From NCBI GenBank assembly GCA_003344405.1, contig NOWV01000135.1, positions 124,001-188,000 on the forward strand: a stretch of 64,000 bases of DNA, in the 5' to 3' direction. This document shows, piece after piece, positions 1 to 12,320 of this stretch. The DNA comes from Trichoplax sp. H2. Lineage: Eukaryota. Within the stretch, counting starts at the first letter, position 1. The number at the start of each line of letters is the position of its first letter. The translations under genes were made by a program, and so were the position numbers. A model generated the notes under the pieces. That model ran no database searches and was not told the DNA's origin. It worked only from the letters and a program-made list of their open reading frames with translations.

Positions 1-6
1 ACTTAC

Positions 7-3000
7 GCTAGCAACGCTATTATACCAAGTATTAGCCATGTCGAGGTCAAATAAGAAAGTATCTCTTTACTTGCAGGTGGTGCTTTAGCAACAAGCTCAG
101 ATACTATTGTATACATACGGACTTTTCCTCTATAAAAATACAAACGCTATTTAGCTAATTACTTCATAATATTACTATCTATCATGATTACAGTATTATA
201 AATTAAAATCGCCAGATATAGCACTATTTTAAAGTAGCTGCAATCACTGATTACTCCAGCTGCAGCCCTGCAATATTGTACAAATTAATGGACTGAATCA
301 ATTCTCGATATCTACAGTATATGTGTATATCTTCTTTACATCTTGCTCAGTGCTCAATATTACTATTATACAGTACTAAACGAAGTTCTATATACAAGCA
401 TGAGTAAGTATGTACCTGAATGGCCCACATTCTATCGATGGTCGAACCCTAACGCAGTAAATTAATAACTTTAATCGCAAAGCGGTAGAAAAATATTCCC
501 AAAATACTGCATAACTAGCTCAACTTACATGATTACGCACACCACGATAAATGACAATGAAATCATGTACGTTACAAAAAGTAGAAAACTAAATAAGACA
601 TTATTCTTGGCTGTTCGGTAAGGTCTAATTGATGGGCGGCAGTTATTGATTAAGCTTATCTATAATAGCAAATTTTAATTCAATCAACCAGTAAAATGAT
701 AACATCAGCAAAAAAAGCTTATTACGAAGTTAAAACAGTTTGCAAAAATTTCTGATTATGTTGTGGTTATGCTATGACAAAAGTTATCATGCTTGAAACA
801 ATAATATCGTAAATAATTATAATTGATGTTATTCTTTAAAATTTAAAAGATCCATAAATAATCCAATTAATTAATATCATACCTTTCTGATGTAAAATAG
901 TAAGATTAATTTAACCACAGCATACACAGCTAACATAGGAGCGTAAAATGTTCCAATCCTATAGAACGCAATAAATGTATCATATAAATATAGAGAGCTG
1001 GTATAAATTTTTGCAAGAAATACTCACCAACACAACGCCTGAGAGTAAACTAATTCAAGAACATTATAAGCAACGTTAAACTCTGGTTTGCCAAGAATTT
1101 GGCAACATGGTAGATATTGACCTATAATTCTAATTAAAAAATTGCATGTAAAATATTAATTCTGGATAAAAACAAAGAAAATTATAATAATTCACCAAAA
1201 ATTAGCTTTAAAATCGTTTATTCTTCAGGTTATATTCAATTACGTTTAATCAAAATGTTGACGGTTCAAATTTAATTTAAATTTTATCCATATACGTGTA
1301 TACTAGTTGGTAGGATGATAAAAGTGTTGTATTAAATTGTACTGACTAAACTAATTTATCTAAAATTCGCATATACTGTAGTATTCTACAAGCTACATTC
1401 GATTATATTCATCCGAGTGTTCAGAGTTTAAATTTTAATCTAATTTTGAAGTTTATAAGCATAAAATTAGTATAAAACTAGTACGGTATTAAATTCTGTT
1501 AATTAGAGTAATTTGACTAAAATTTATCAGAAATTGCTTATTCAAAAGGTTATGTTCCTTCACGCTCTAATTTAATTTTAGATTATATCCATACAAGATT
1601 GCTAGTGGGATGATAATTATTGTACTAAATTACATTGATGATACATTTTGTCAGTAATGATCAATATGTAGAGTTATTTTCTACAATTCAATTAAATTGA
1701 TCCTATAATATATCCTAATTCATATTTATATATATGTTCTTTTCTACCGTATAAATGAGATTGTAAAGGAACTACCGGAACATACAATTGCATAAATTAA
1801 TATTTTTAATTAACCTAGTATTTACCTTCTTAAGAATTCTTTGAAGAAAGGATTTAGCATTAAAAAGACGAAATCGATTAATATTAATCTGTAGAATTCC
1901 TGGCCTAATACAGTCTCCCAACACTACATAAAGAGAGAATCAGAAATAATTTAGTTTCACATATTGTAACGGCTTCTCTATTTAGAAGTAATATCCATCT
2001 TACCGTTCCTCTGCAACTTGCACTTTCAAATTGTTTAAAATCGCAAGTTAATCTTCGCATTAATGTTACAATCATCACGACTAAATTCGTTCCAGTCAGT
2101 AACACCGTTCTACAGGTACATGAAAAGCTGATTAATTCACAAATCAATATAATTAAAGCATCTTTTGAGCTATGAATTGCAAGATATTTAAAAATGTCAT
2201 ATAATACAATATCTTCCAGTAGTTCAATTATATGTATTATAGACCTCTTAAGCGTACCTTATGACCGTTGCAACTAATTCATGCCTTGGCTTACTATATT
2301 TTTCAAAATATGCAATAACAGTAAAGCCAAAAGGTATCACATTATTTAATAACGATATCGTGGCTGGAACTGCTAGTTGAACTAGCGCGGTAATTTCTTT
2401 TCCGTTAACAGATTGTAAAATTTGCTGATATGGGAGAAAAATTCAACCTTAACTTGGTATAATATCGTTAATCTATACGGTAGTTAATAACATCATCTTC
2501 TGAAGTTCAATATAATTACATTATATCCGATATTAGCAACATAGTAAACCAAGTATCCAGATCCTGCTACTAGTAATAAAGCTACTAGATTGCTTATGAT
2601 TCGAAGTCCAAACTTTTTAACTAGGTTTCGGACGGAACTCTTTGAGCCTTGACGCTTGACATCAGCTAAAACTTCCTATCATTAATAGTCCATGAAAAGT
2701 TTAATTTTGTTTAATTTGAGATAGCGATAGTCCTATATATCAATGGCTATTACTACAGAAAAGATAACCTTTAGTATTAATATGGAATTACAGTGTAATG
2801 GCTATTCAGCTACTACGATGTGTATAATACATAATCTCCAAAATAATACACAATATATGTAAATTATTTTAAGATGACAATACTCAAAATTTAGCTAATA
2901 ATTATACTGTACTCGTAATCCATCAGTTCATTTACCTGTAACTCGGTAAAAATGCTTTTATGCTTCAGTATAGCGGTTGAAGGATCTATCACTCCATAAT

Positions 3001-6000
3001 GCCAAGAGCTAAATAGTTTACTTGAGAAGCGTCGGAATCGGCCAGAACCTTCTTGATAAGTTTGAGTATATGCCTTAGAAAGCCTATATAAGACGCATAA
3101 TAATGTCAGTAAAATTAGTTAGCGATAAAACCTGCATATTATTTGAGGAGTTTCCTTACGATAGCAAGAGGATGATGATGCCAAGTATGAAACAGCCTCC
3201 AAATGTAAATAAATAGGCAATAGGCATATCGTAATCAGGTCCAATAGCCGAAGGAATGCTATTGTTTGTATAGTAGCCATAATATAATTCAGTATTTGTA
3301 AACCAGCCCTGTAAAGAAATTAAGAAGAAAAATTAATGCTAATACAGAACTTTCAGAAATATAAAACATTTTACTTTACCAGCACAGTCTCTACAGTATT
3401 TACTATTTTAAATTACAGCTAACTTGTAAGTGAATCCTAAAATGAAAGCTTCTACATATCGAGTGACAAAAGCAGCAAGAAACGATAAATAAAATAGCAC
3501 GATGGTATTTATTTATAACTTACACTTCCTGTAATAAAATCGATAGCTTCAAAAACAGTGCCACTGGAGCTTTGTTGATAAGCCAATTGGGGTATAAAGA
3601 CGAATGAAAACGGTAGAACAAATAGGGGAATATTCAGGAATACTAGCCAACGTAAAAATATAAAATAGGAAACTACACCAGTACCAAAATATCCTGTATG
3701 TTGAAGGTAGTAAATTTAATTATAATGAATTACGGTTAATCCAGAATGTAATTTTGCAATTTGTTTATAAAAATAAAACTCGTGAGAGTCAATAAAATTG
3801 ATATTACTTTTGATTTATAATTGTATATGTAGCTATAGACAATGTAGTATTGTAGTATTAATCAATTTTACCTTCAATCTCTTTCATATGAGAATTCCAT
3901 AAGCTTAATTGTAGGTCTTGAAAAAAATGTTTTAAATGGCTCCATTGCTGTAAGCAATCGCAAGAATAAGATGTTGATAATGGAGTTATATCGGACATTT
4001 TTTTCATTAATTGTAAGAAAAATAGAGGTAATAACAATTCTACATTGTTCAGCTTTCCTCTCAACACTTGCTAGATAATAAATCAATTCTATTAAAATGC
4101 AGGTATAAGCTTCTCGTTATATTGCATACAAGATACTATATGAAATTTGAATAATTCTGTAGTTGTATACTACCAGTAGTTCTTCCTATCGGTAGATATT
4201 ACTTTAAAGGACAAGTATAATTCTGCAGTAATTGTTCTGTAGGTAGACATCAATTTAAAACTAACATACGGTTTAAATGTAGCTTATATGTAATAATATA
4301 CAAATTTTATTCCATCTACAAATATTACTACAAATGTATACAGTTGGACACCAATTTTTTATTATCGTCAGATACTGGTACCATTTTAAAGCTCTGTAGG
4401 GTTGTATATATAGGCTGTGCATAGTTTTATAACAATTTCATTCTATCTGCAAGTATTGCTGCAAATATGTATAGGAACACACTAATTTCTACTATTGACC
4501 GGGATTATATCATAAAACGTATATTACTATAAATACAGTTCATATACAAATCTCTATTGATTTTAGCTATTTGTAGATATCATTTTATAAAATACACTCT
4601 TATAAATGTAATTTATGTATTCATTGGATTCATTCTATTTTATCTGCGGATATAGATGTAGTTTTATACTAATTATTACAATCTATAGATACTCCATTTC
4701 AAAGCCTATCCTGCAACAGAAAAGCGTATGTATGCTTTTCTGTTCATTTTTATCACCACAGCTATTATTTTACAACATATACTCCTGTAAGTATAGCCTA
4801 TAGAGAGTAGTACGGAAATTTGATCCCTTTGACAGATACCATTTTAAAATTTTACACTGGTAGAAAAGCAGCGCATAAAACGGCTCACAATTCTACGCAA
4901 ATTTACTATATCTACTACGAAATCACTTTTAAAATTTTATAGGTAATAAAATCTACTCACGGTCATAAACCAGTATTTCCATCTTTTTAATATTCCTGGC
5001 TTTTCAAAGTTCTGCTTTTCTCTAAATTTAATTCTAGTACCGGTAAATTGAACATTTTAGCAACTTGATACGTGCGATATAAAGTATTCATGACTAAGGT
5101 CAAAATGTTGTTGCGATCGACAGACCTTTCAGCTTTTTTACTGCGCAAATTCGTCGGTAAAGATCGAATTTCTTTATTGACTTTTCGAGAATTTTTAGAA
5201 TGGAGAGTAGAAGGAAATTGAGCAATAAAATCGGAAGCAGCATGATCACGAACATCTTCTGAAGGCCGTGAATGCCGACGACTTAAAGTCTGAGCTTGGA
5301 TCGATCTACGCCGCCATTGATCTAAACTATCCCGTGTAGTGGTTCCCATTTTACGACTTGGCATCATATCCACGATTCGATTTCGCTTCGCTTCGGATTT
5401 TTTACGCCTAAAATCATATTTTCAAGACAAGTTAGCACTTGCAATCTGTTTCGTGACTTAGTTGATTCTATGCATATTATGAACTAGGACATATTAGCAA
5501 TAGTTTACACTCAATTTGGCTCCATTCACTGTAAGATTAAAGAATTGAAAATTTATGATGGATTACTATCCATTTTGCATACCACTTAGCTCTTCCTTCA
5601 GGCCAATCTTCATAGATGGAGCTTTGCCGATAGTCGGCTAGCTGTCCATAAATTGAATCAGGATCATGACTATTTCGTTGATTGGGGTAGCCATTCGTAG
5701 TCTCTGTTGCGTAATCAGCTACATCTTCTAATTCCAATGATTCGATGTCATTAACGCTGGCTACAGGAGTGGTTAAATCTATATACAGTTAAAAAATAGT
5801 AACATATGAACACGGTAAGATAATGCTTGTTGAGCTACTAGTCAACCAATAGAGCAATCCTAACACAATAAATCCAGCTGGTAGAATAAGTTTAAACAGA
5901 TCTTATAAATATAAGGATGGATAAATTGGCTTTAAAAATGTCATTTGAACATGGTGAGACAATGTTTGAGCTCTTAATCAGCGAATAGTGTAATCCTAAC

Positions 6001-6400
6001 GTAATGGAGACAGCTGGTAAAATAAGTTTGCTAAACAGATTTTATAAGCACAGAGATGGATAAATCTGCTTTAAAAATATTATTTTGAAACATGGGAAGA
6101 CCATGTTTGACCTCGTTGTCGACGAATGGTATAATGCTAGCACATTAAATCCAGCTGGTCAAATAAGTTTAAACAAACTTTATAAGGCAGAGGTTGATAA
6201 ATCTGCTTTAAAAAAGATGATTTGAACACAGTAGGACAATGCTTGAGCACCTACTTTGCAAATAATATAGTCCTAACATACTAAATCGAGCTGGCAAAAT
6301 AAGTTTAAAACAGACTTCATAAGCACAAGGATGGATCTGTCTGCTTAAAAGCTATATAAATTGCTTTAATGAAAAAAGCTCCTGATATTCTACCCTTCAT
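7..6400 (-). CDS. Transmembrane channel-like protein 'TMC-A' (TMC5/6-like), multi-exon, 3' end beyond the left edge of the window
   Basis: Manually spliced GT-AG exons with consistent phases: 5778-5583, 5407-5126, 5021-4961, 3947-3872, 3693-3524, 3308-3160, 3083-2936, 2675-2520, 2424-2258, 2109-2004, 1923-1826, 1129-1028, 958-883, 659-529, 448-416, 129-7. The first exon 6400-6394 (ATG AAG G|gt) is tentative. Translation gives TMC hallmarks: [83 protein letters not shown]. Subfamily call rests on recalled vertebrate motifs only. Confidence 0.93.
5808..6350. repeat. Degenerate tandem repeat, about 140 bp x 4
   Basis: Recurrent blocks (c/g)agctgg..aataagttt..aaaca and ggataaatctgctttaaaaa, with units starting near 5808, 5948, 6088 and 6224. 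Confidence 0.85.
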
Positions 6401-7391
6401 TTCAAGAATGTAAAATCTCTTCCTTACCAGTACATAGATTAAAGAAAATTAGTACTACTATCGAACAGAAGAAATTGCTTACATATGCAGATACGAGTAG
6501 TTTTGTCTATATTGTTAGAGAGAAAAATCTATAGTCATTGCCATCAGAAATATTTACAATTTTCTGCCTTTGTAGGCGAATTAGACGCAGTGTAAAATAG
6601 AAAGCTCTCTAAAAAAAGTACGCGATCATTCTTCCTTAATAGCATACGCGTAACTATGAAGAGAATTATCAAATTAGCAGACCAAAATCAATATTCGGTG
6701 CCGGTGAAAACAATTTTGTAAATGCTATTTCTTAAAAAGCTAAAAAAAGAATTCATAGACTAGCTTTTATTGAATAATCGTAAAAAAAAATACTACTATC
6801 ATGGAACTCAGTTATAAAGGAAATGATCACTATCTTACTATTGTAATCAAAACGAGGTTAGAATTGAGAAGGAAATTTTTAAAAACCCTTTAACGGTACT
6901 ACCGTCAAAATAGTCTCAATAATGGCTGCAGCAATCTTACATGTAATGGTGTCTATTCAATTACTTTCTATTCTATCTTGAAACCATAATGATTTAATCG
7001 TTGTCAAATAGTATCCTCAAAATCTCTTAAAATTTCTGCACTATTCCTAATCAAACAATTCAAGTCTGTTGAAATTTAAAAAAGAAAAGAGTAACCCAAA
7101 AACAAATAACCTGCACTGACAAAGAGGACATGAATTCCGCTTCGTTAATGTATTTGATTAACTAGTTTCCATCATGGTCATGAATTGTTCAATAGACTGA
7201 TGAAACTTTTCGTGCTGTTGTTTATTATTCTGCCATGATATTGTAACAATTTTTAATAGTCTTTCACGGAAACTCATTAACAGAAAGATATTACAAGCAA
7301 AATCCTAAAAATGAGCAAATGCAAATATCGTTGTAGACCACATCAATGCGTTAACTTCAAGAATCTAATGGAGAGACATGAGATAAGTTCT

Positions 7392-7782
7392 ATTCCTGAT
7401 TTGATTCGGCTTAATTTATTCCGATAGTTAGAACTCGATATCTCACATATTCTCCTCAATCGATCTAGCTATAACGTTATAGTTGATGGTTATGATTAAA
7501 TAAGATATATGGAACCTCATAGAATAAAAAAGTATAAGGTGTCGATGAAGTTAAAATAATATTCATTAGGTATACAGCATCAAGGTTAGAATTTATTGGA
7601 CAGGCGTGAAAAAATTTCATCCTTGATTTATTTCTTCTGCCTTAATTTATTCTGATAGTCAAGACTTGACCTATCATACATTCTCCTGAATCGACTTACC
7701 AATAATTTTACGTTCATGGTCATGATTTGAATAAAATACAATCAACTTCGTAGACTAATAATGTATAGAATCTACATGAAGG
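7392..7782. repeat. Degenerate direct repeat, 2 copies about 230 bp apart
   Basis: cttaatttatt(c/t)..gatagt...attctcct.aatcga...tggt.atgatt seen at about 7410-7500 and 7641-7730. Confidence 0.7.
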
Positions 7783-7889
7783 TACTTCAAGGTAGAATAC
7801 TCTTTATTTAGTTTAGGACATAATGCTAGCTTTTGATATATCGTGATAGTCCTTGCACTAATAGTCGCCGTTTGAATATTAAGATTAGC

Positions 7890-8400
7890 AAGATTTTAGT
7901 TCAAAATCAAAGGACGGATTGATTTTATGAGCCTATTCCATGGTTTGGACAATTTTTTTAATTATTTTCCTACCCGATCGATTCTAGTCCTTAGCTTTCA
8001 CTATAATTTACTTTATAGTAGTACTATACCTCTATAGTCAGTAGCTGAAACTTGAAGAATAAGGAGAGCAAGACTTTATCTTAAAACTACAGGATTGATT
8101 ATTTCCGCGAGGCTATTCCATAGTTTGGATAATTCTTTCAATTATTTTTCTACCCGATCGATGCTAGTCCTCAGCTTTTGCTATAGTTTACTTTTAACTA
8201 GCAACTGCTACTTGAAGGTTAAGGAGTTTTATTGTTTCTTTCATGCCAGACCATACTTTCGACTAGCACTAACAACTGCTCCTTGAAGATGAAGGGTTTT
8301 ACTGTTTCTCCTATGCTAGTCCATCGTTTGGACAGTTTTTCTTCTTTATCTACCCGATCGATTTTAATCCTCAACTTTCTCTTTAATTTACTTGTAGCTA
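7890..8400. repeat. Degenerate tandem repeat, about 180-200 bp x 3
   Basis: Core cta.tccat.gtttgga.a...ctacccgatcgat..ta.tcct.a.cttt at about 7933, 8113 and 8316. Confidence 0.85.
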
Positions 8401-8939
8401 TAGTCGATGGACTAATAGCTACAACTCAATACGAAGATCCACCATAGCTTGGTTCTCTGTCTGTTGATTTTATTCATTTTACTACATCTACACTATTGCA
8501 TCGTCTTGATAGCTTTGGAGAATCTGTTCAGAGGGTAAAATCGGAAATCTATGCTGACAGCCTTTCTGTATAAGCTACTCCTAGTGATAATCCATCTATC
8601 GACAACTGCAAATTGAACATGAAGATTAACAAGACTTTCATTTCAAGATTATTTGTTTTAGCACTGCTACTGTTGGGCAGCCTTGACAATAACAGTTTTC
8701 AGAGAATTAATCACTCCACTGTCTATACAGGAAGTCCAATTTTAATCTCTTTCTATAGCTGGCATAATTATCCATTTTTCCACATTTTTTCCATATTCAA
8801 CTACAGTCATGATCCAATTATGGGTACAGCAAACTTAATCTGAGCAAAATTGACTGTTTGAGCTAGTCATTATGACATTACTTTGCTCTTTTTCAATATG
8901 AAAAACCATCTTCACTTCCAAAGAAATTGCTTTACACGT

Positions 8940-9525
8940 CCACTCTATTAAATTTCCATTAAATGCCTTTTTTAGTCGTTATTGCGCTCATGGTGATACA
9001 ATATCATTCATCTTGCTGCTATTAACTTTAAGAACAATTCTACCTAATATTGGTAGTAGAAATATCACTCCTATTATTCTGATTGACTTGGAAGAACAAT
9101 TCTATCCATTAGAACTAAGCAAGAAGTCGAATTTATAAAACTATTCTATCCAATCTCCACGAAATACCTTTTTCCAATATTATTATGGCCGCTTGGCCTT
9201 GGTAGTAGAAATATCATTCATCTTGTTCTCATTGACTTTGAAAAACAATTCTACCAAATGCAACCGATTAGGTCAATCAAATTTGCACAACGGTAGCTAC
9301 TCCATCGAATCTCCATGAAAAATGCCTCATTTAATAATTATCATGGCCTTTTGGCCAAGGGTAGTAGAAATATTACTCATCTTGCCCTCATTTACTTTTT
9401 AAAATAATTGTACCTAATAGAACTTTCTAAAAAAATCGCGTTTGTATTGCTACTCTATTAAATCTCCATTAAATGCCTTTTTAAATTGTGACCATGGTCT
9501 TGGTAGTCGAAAAAATTATTCATTG
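8940..9525. repeat. Degenerate tandem repeat, about 150-190 bp x 4
   Basis: Recurrent ctctattaaat.tccattaaatgcctttt / ggtagtagaaatatca.tcatctt / aacaattctacc blocks. Confidence 0.8.
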
Positions 9526-11079
9526 TCATTAGAACTTGTAGATTGAAATCAGATTATTATTGATGTCATCCAAAACAAATTAATTTTTGGAGTTGCTCTA
9601 TAGTAGTCAAAATAATTCAATTTGGTCTGATTATGACTCAGTTGGGCAATAATTCATCTAGATAAAATGGAATTAATTCTATCCGTAGGGATTTTAAACT
9701 GTGTGGATGATTGACTAACATATACTCCAGTCTATACGATAGAGAAATAATTTCCCTGATGAAGAAAAAATAGACTCAGTCTAAGCTTAAGTATAACATG
9801 AATCTATAAAACAAGTTGATAAAATGGACGGAAAAATTCTACGAAGCAAGTTTCAATTCTAGTAGAAAATAAAATTATCCCATGGCAGAGCAAGAATTTC
9901 CGTCGTAGGACAGAAGTTTGAGAGAAAAATTGCTTACCTCGTCGTTTATTAGTAGGTCGATGAAATAAAGCACCAGACATAATTTCCAACTTGAGTCACG
10001 GCTTTTAGATTAAATTCGTAGGCTAGATGAATAGGATAATTAGGCCAAGACTCTGTTGAATTCTTAATTTACTACTATAGAATAAATGGGATCTTGTAGC
10101 TAATCACCTACTACTGTTTCTATCGATGGCGCGATACTAATCTGGATTAAGGTTGAAAATGATCAATTTGTAAACTAGTCAAAATGGCAATCGTAGAAGC
10201 AAAGGATAGCAAAGAGCCAACTGAAATGGAAAGCCTATAGTGCCAATAAATATAATCGATGGATAGGATAAATGATGATGATAATGATACAGTTATTGAA
10301 ATCGACTAATTTCTCTAATACTTGTCAACTAGACACTTTATATCAATCCAATTCACTCATTCTATTAGTCTAATTACTAGACAAGTAGTATTCTTCTGCG
10401 ACTAAAACCTCAACGCTTGTAAATAGGATTTTCAACAGCATTCAATCTCATAGCAGATACAAGTACAATGCTAATTAACCTTTAAAAAATAACTCCCTTC
10501 AAACAATGTAAAGTATTGTTGGAGTTCATCCATTATTTATGAGGTAATAATAAAATCCATATAGAAAAACAACAACATCATAGCAGAGTATAAATAGTGC
10601 CAGCATCACCAGTCCTTTCTTGTATTAATGATATTACTAGATTGAAATTTCTCTTACTCGAAGAGGTTCTAGTGAGCTAGGAGATGGAGCAATTGAAAGT
10701 AAAACTTTATTAAGAATAACCGTAAATTAATACTTGTCTATAGATGATTTTATCCTATCTTACGTTAGTAATAGCATTTAATCCAAGAATTGCAATGGAG
10801 GATACAAAATTTATAAAAATACAATCATTGAAATCAAAACTCATTGAGTACCGGTAATCTATCTCAACCGGAAGGAGCACGCTAGTATCAAACTTTAAAT
10901 AGAGAATTACATCCATGGATAGCATCAATCAACAGACTAACAGATGGCACATTAAATTTAATCTCTATTACCAACCAATCTACGGAGTCATTTGTCTAGT
11001 TTAAACATAATTTGATATCACTTTATCGAAAAGTAATAAATATCGTTTTGTGTACTCGCATAAAATCGTATCCTCCGAA

Positions 11080-12320
11080 GGCATTAACTCGTTTACAACA
11101 GGCCTGATAGAGATAGAAGATGAAGTAGGATAGTTTCTATTAAAGTAATATAATTTGCTTAGGTTTTATATAAGGAATGATGTCATTTTATCTAATGAGT
11201 AGTTAGTGTCATTGCATATAAAATGAATAGCATCGATTCATTAGAATAGGCCTGGCAGAGGTGGAAAATGAGATAGCCTCCACTAAAACTGTGGCTTAGC
11301 CTTAGTAGAATATTACAGGCAGAGCACTAGTTCATATTCTGTATAACTGATTTTTATTCAGTCTTGTTCGGGAACTAGAATAGATCTTGAAGGACTAAAT
11401 AATAGCAAAATTAAATCAAATGCCCTTTACTAACGAGCCTAAACGTTAATTTAGGTAACTTTCAATATAAAATAATATCACTATATCTAAAAAGCAATTA
11501 GTATTATTCCATATACTGGTGTAAAATTTGGATATCACTGATTCATTTAGCATAGGCCTGACAGAGATGGAAGACGAAATAAATTCCATTAAAACTATTG
11601 CCTAGCTTTGGAGAGATACTACAGAAAGCGCACTAGTTCTTATTTTGTATAGAGTAACTATATCACTCAATCTTTTTCAGGAACTAGAATAGATCTAAAA
11701 AGATACTAAACTAAATCAAAGCTCGTTTACTAACGAGTTTTAAGTACAAAACGACACCATTTTCCCTGAAGAGCAGATAATATCGTAGTACAAGCATATA
11801 CCCGTATGAAAATCACGCCGTTTTGATAGCATTAATTCATTCAGAATAGGTCTAGTAGAAATGGAAGATTAGGTAGTTTCCATCAAAACTATTAGATGGC
11901 CTTAATGAAATACCACTGATAGCTCTATAATCGATATCACCCAATCTTATCTAGTAACTAGAATACATCTTGAAGGACTAAAAGATGGTAAGTTAAATCA
12001 AAGCTCGTTTACTAACGAGCCTAAAGAGTAGTTTATATAGTTTGAATATAAAATAATATCGCCTTAGCTGCAGAGTAATTAATATAGATGATATAGATAA
12101 AGCATACTTTTTAATGATATCGATTTATTTAGGACAAGCCCAGTAGAGATAGAGTAAATTCAATTTAACTATTATCGAGCCTTGTCTAAATACTGCAGAT
12201 AGTACCGTAGCTTATATTCTGTGTGACTGATATCAATCAATCTTATCCTATAATTCTATATCGTAGATCTTAAAAAGACTAACAGATGCTAATTAAATGA
12301 AAGCTCGTTACTAGCAAGCC
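11080..12320. repeat. Degenerate tandem repeat, about 290-300 bp x 4-5, with an internal hairpin motif
   Basis: taggcctg.cagag.tggaa at about 11100, 11248, 11554, 11847 and 12137; aactagaataga/catctt blocks; (aagctc)gtttactaacgag at about 11428, 11719, 12001 and 12301. Confidence 0.85.

Noticed and set aside
6480-7240. Alternative upstream coding exons for TMC-A (donor-like sites near 6482 and 7110)
   Set aside because: Frames contain stops or the phase does not fit the 5778 acceptor. They may be 5' UTR exons, and the true start codon remains uncertain.
5808-12320. Repeat arrays considered as CRISPR-like or repeat-spacer systems
   Set aside because: Whole units are degenerate copies with no unique spacers or invariant short repeats, the context is eukaryotic, and there are no cas-like genes.
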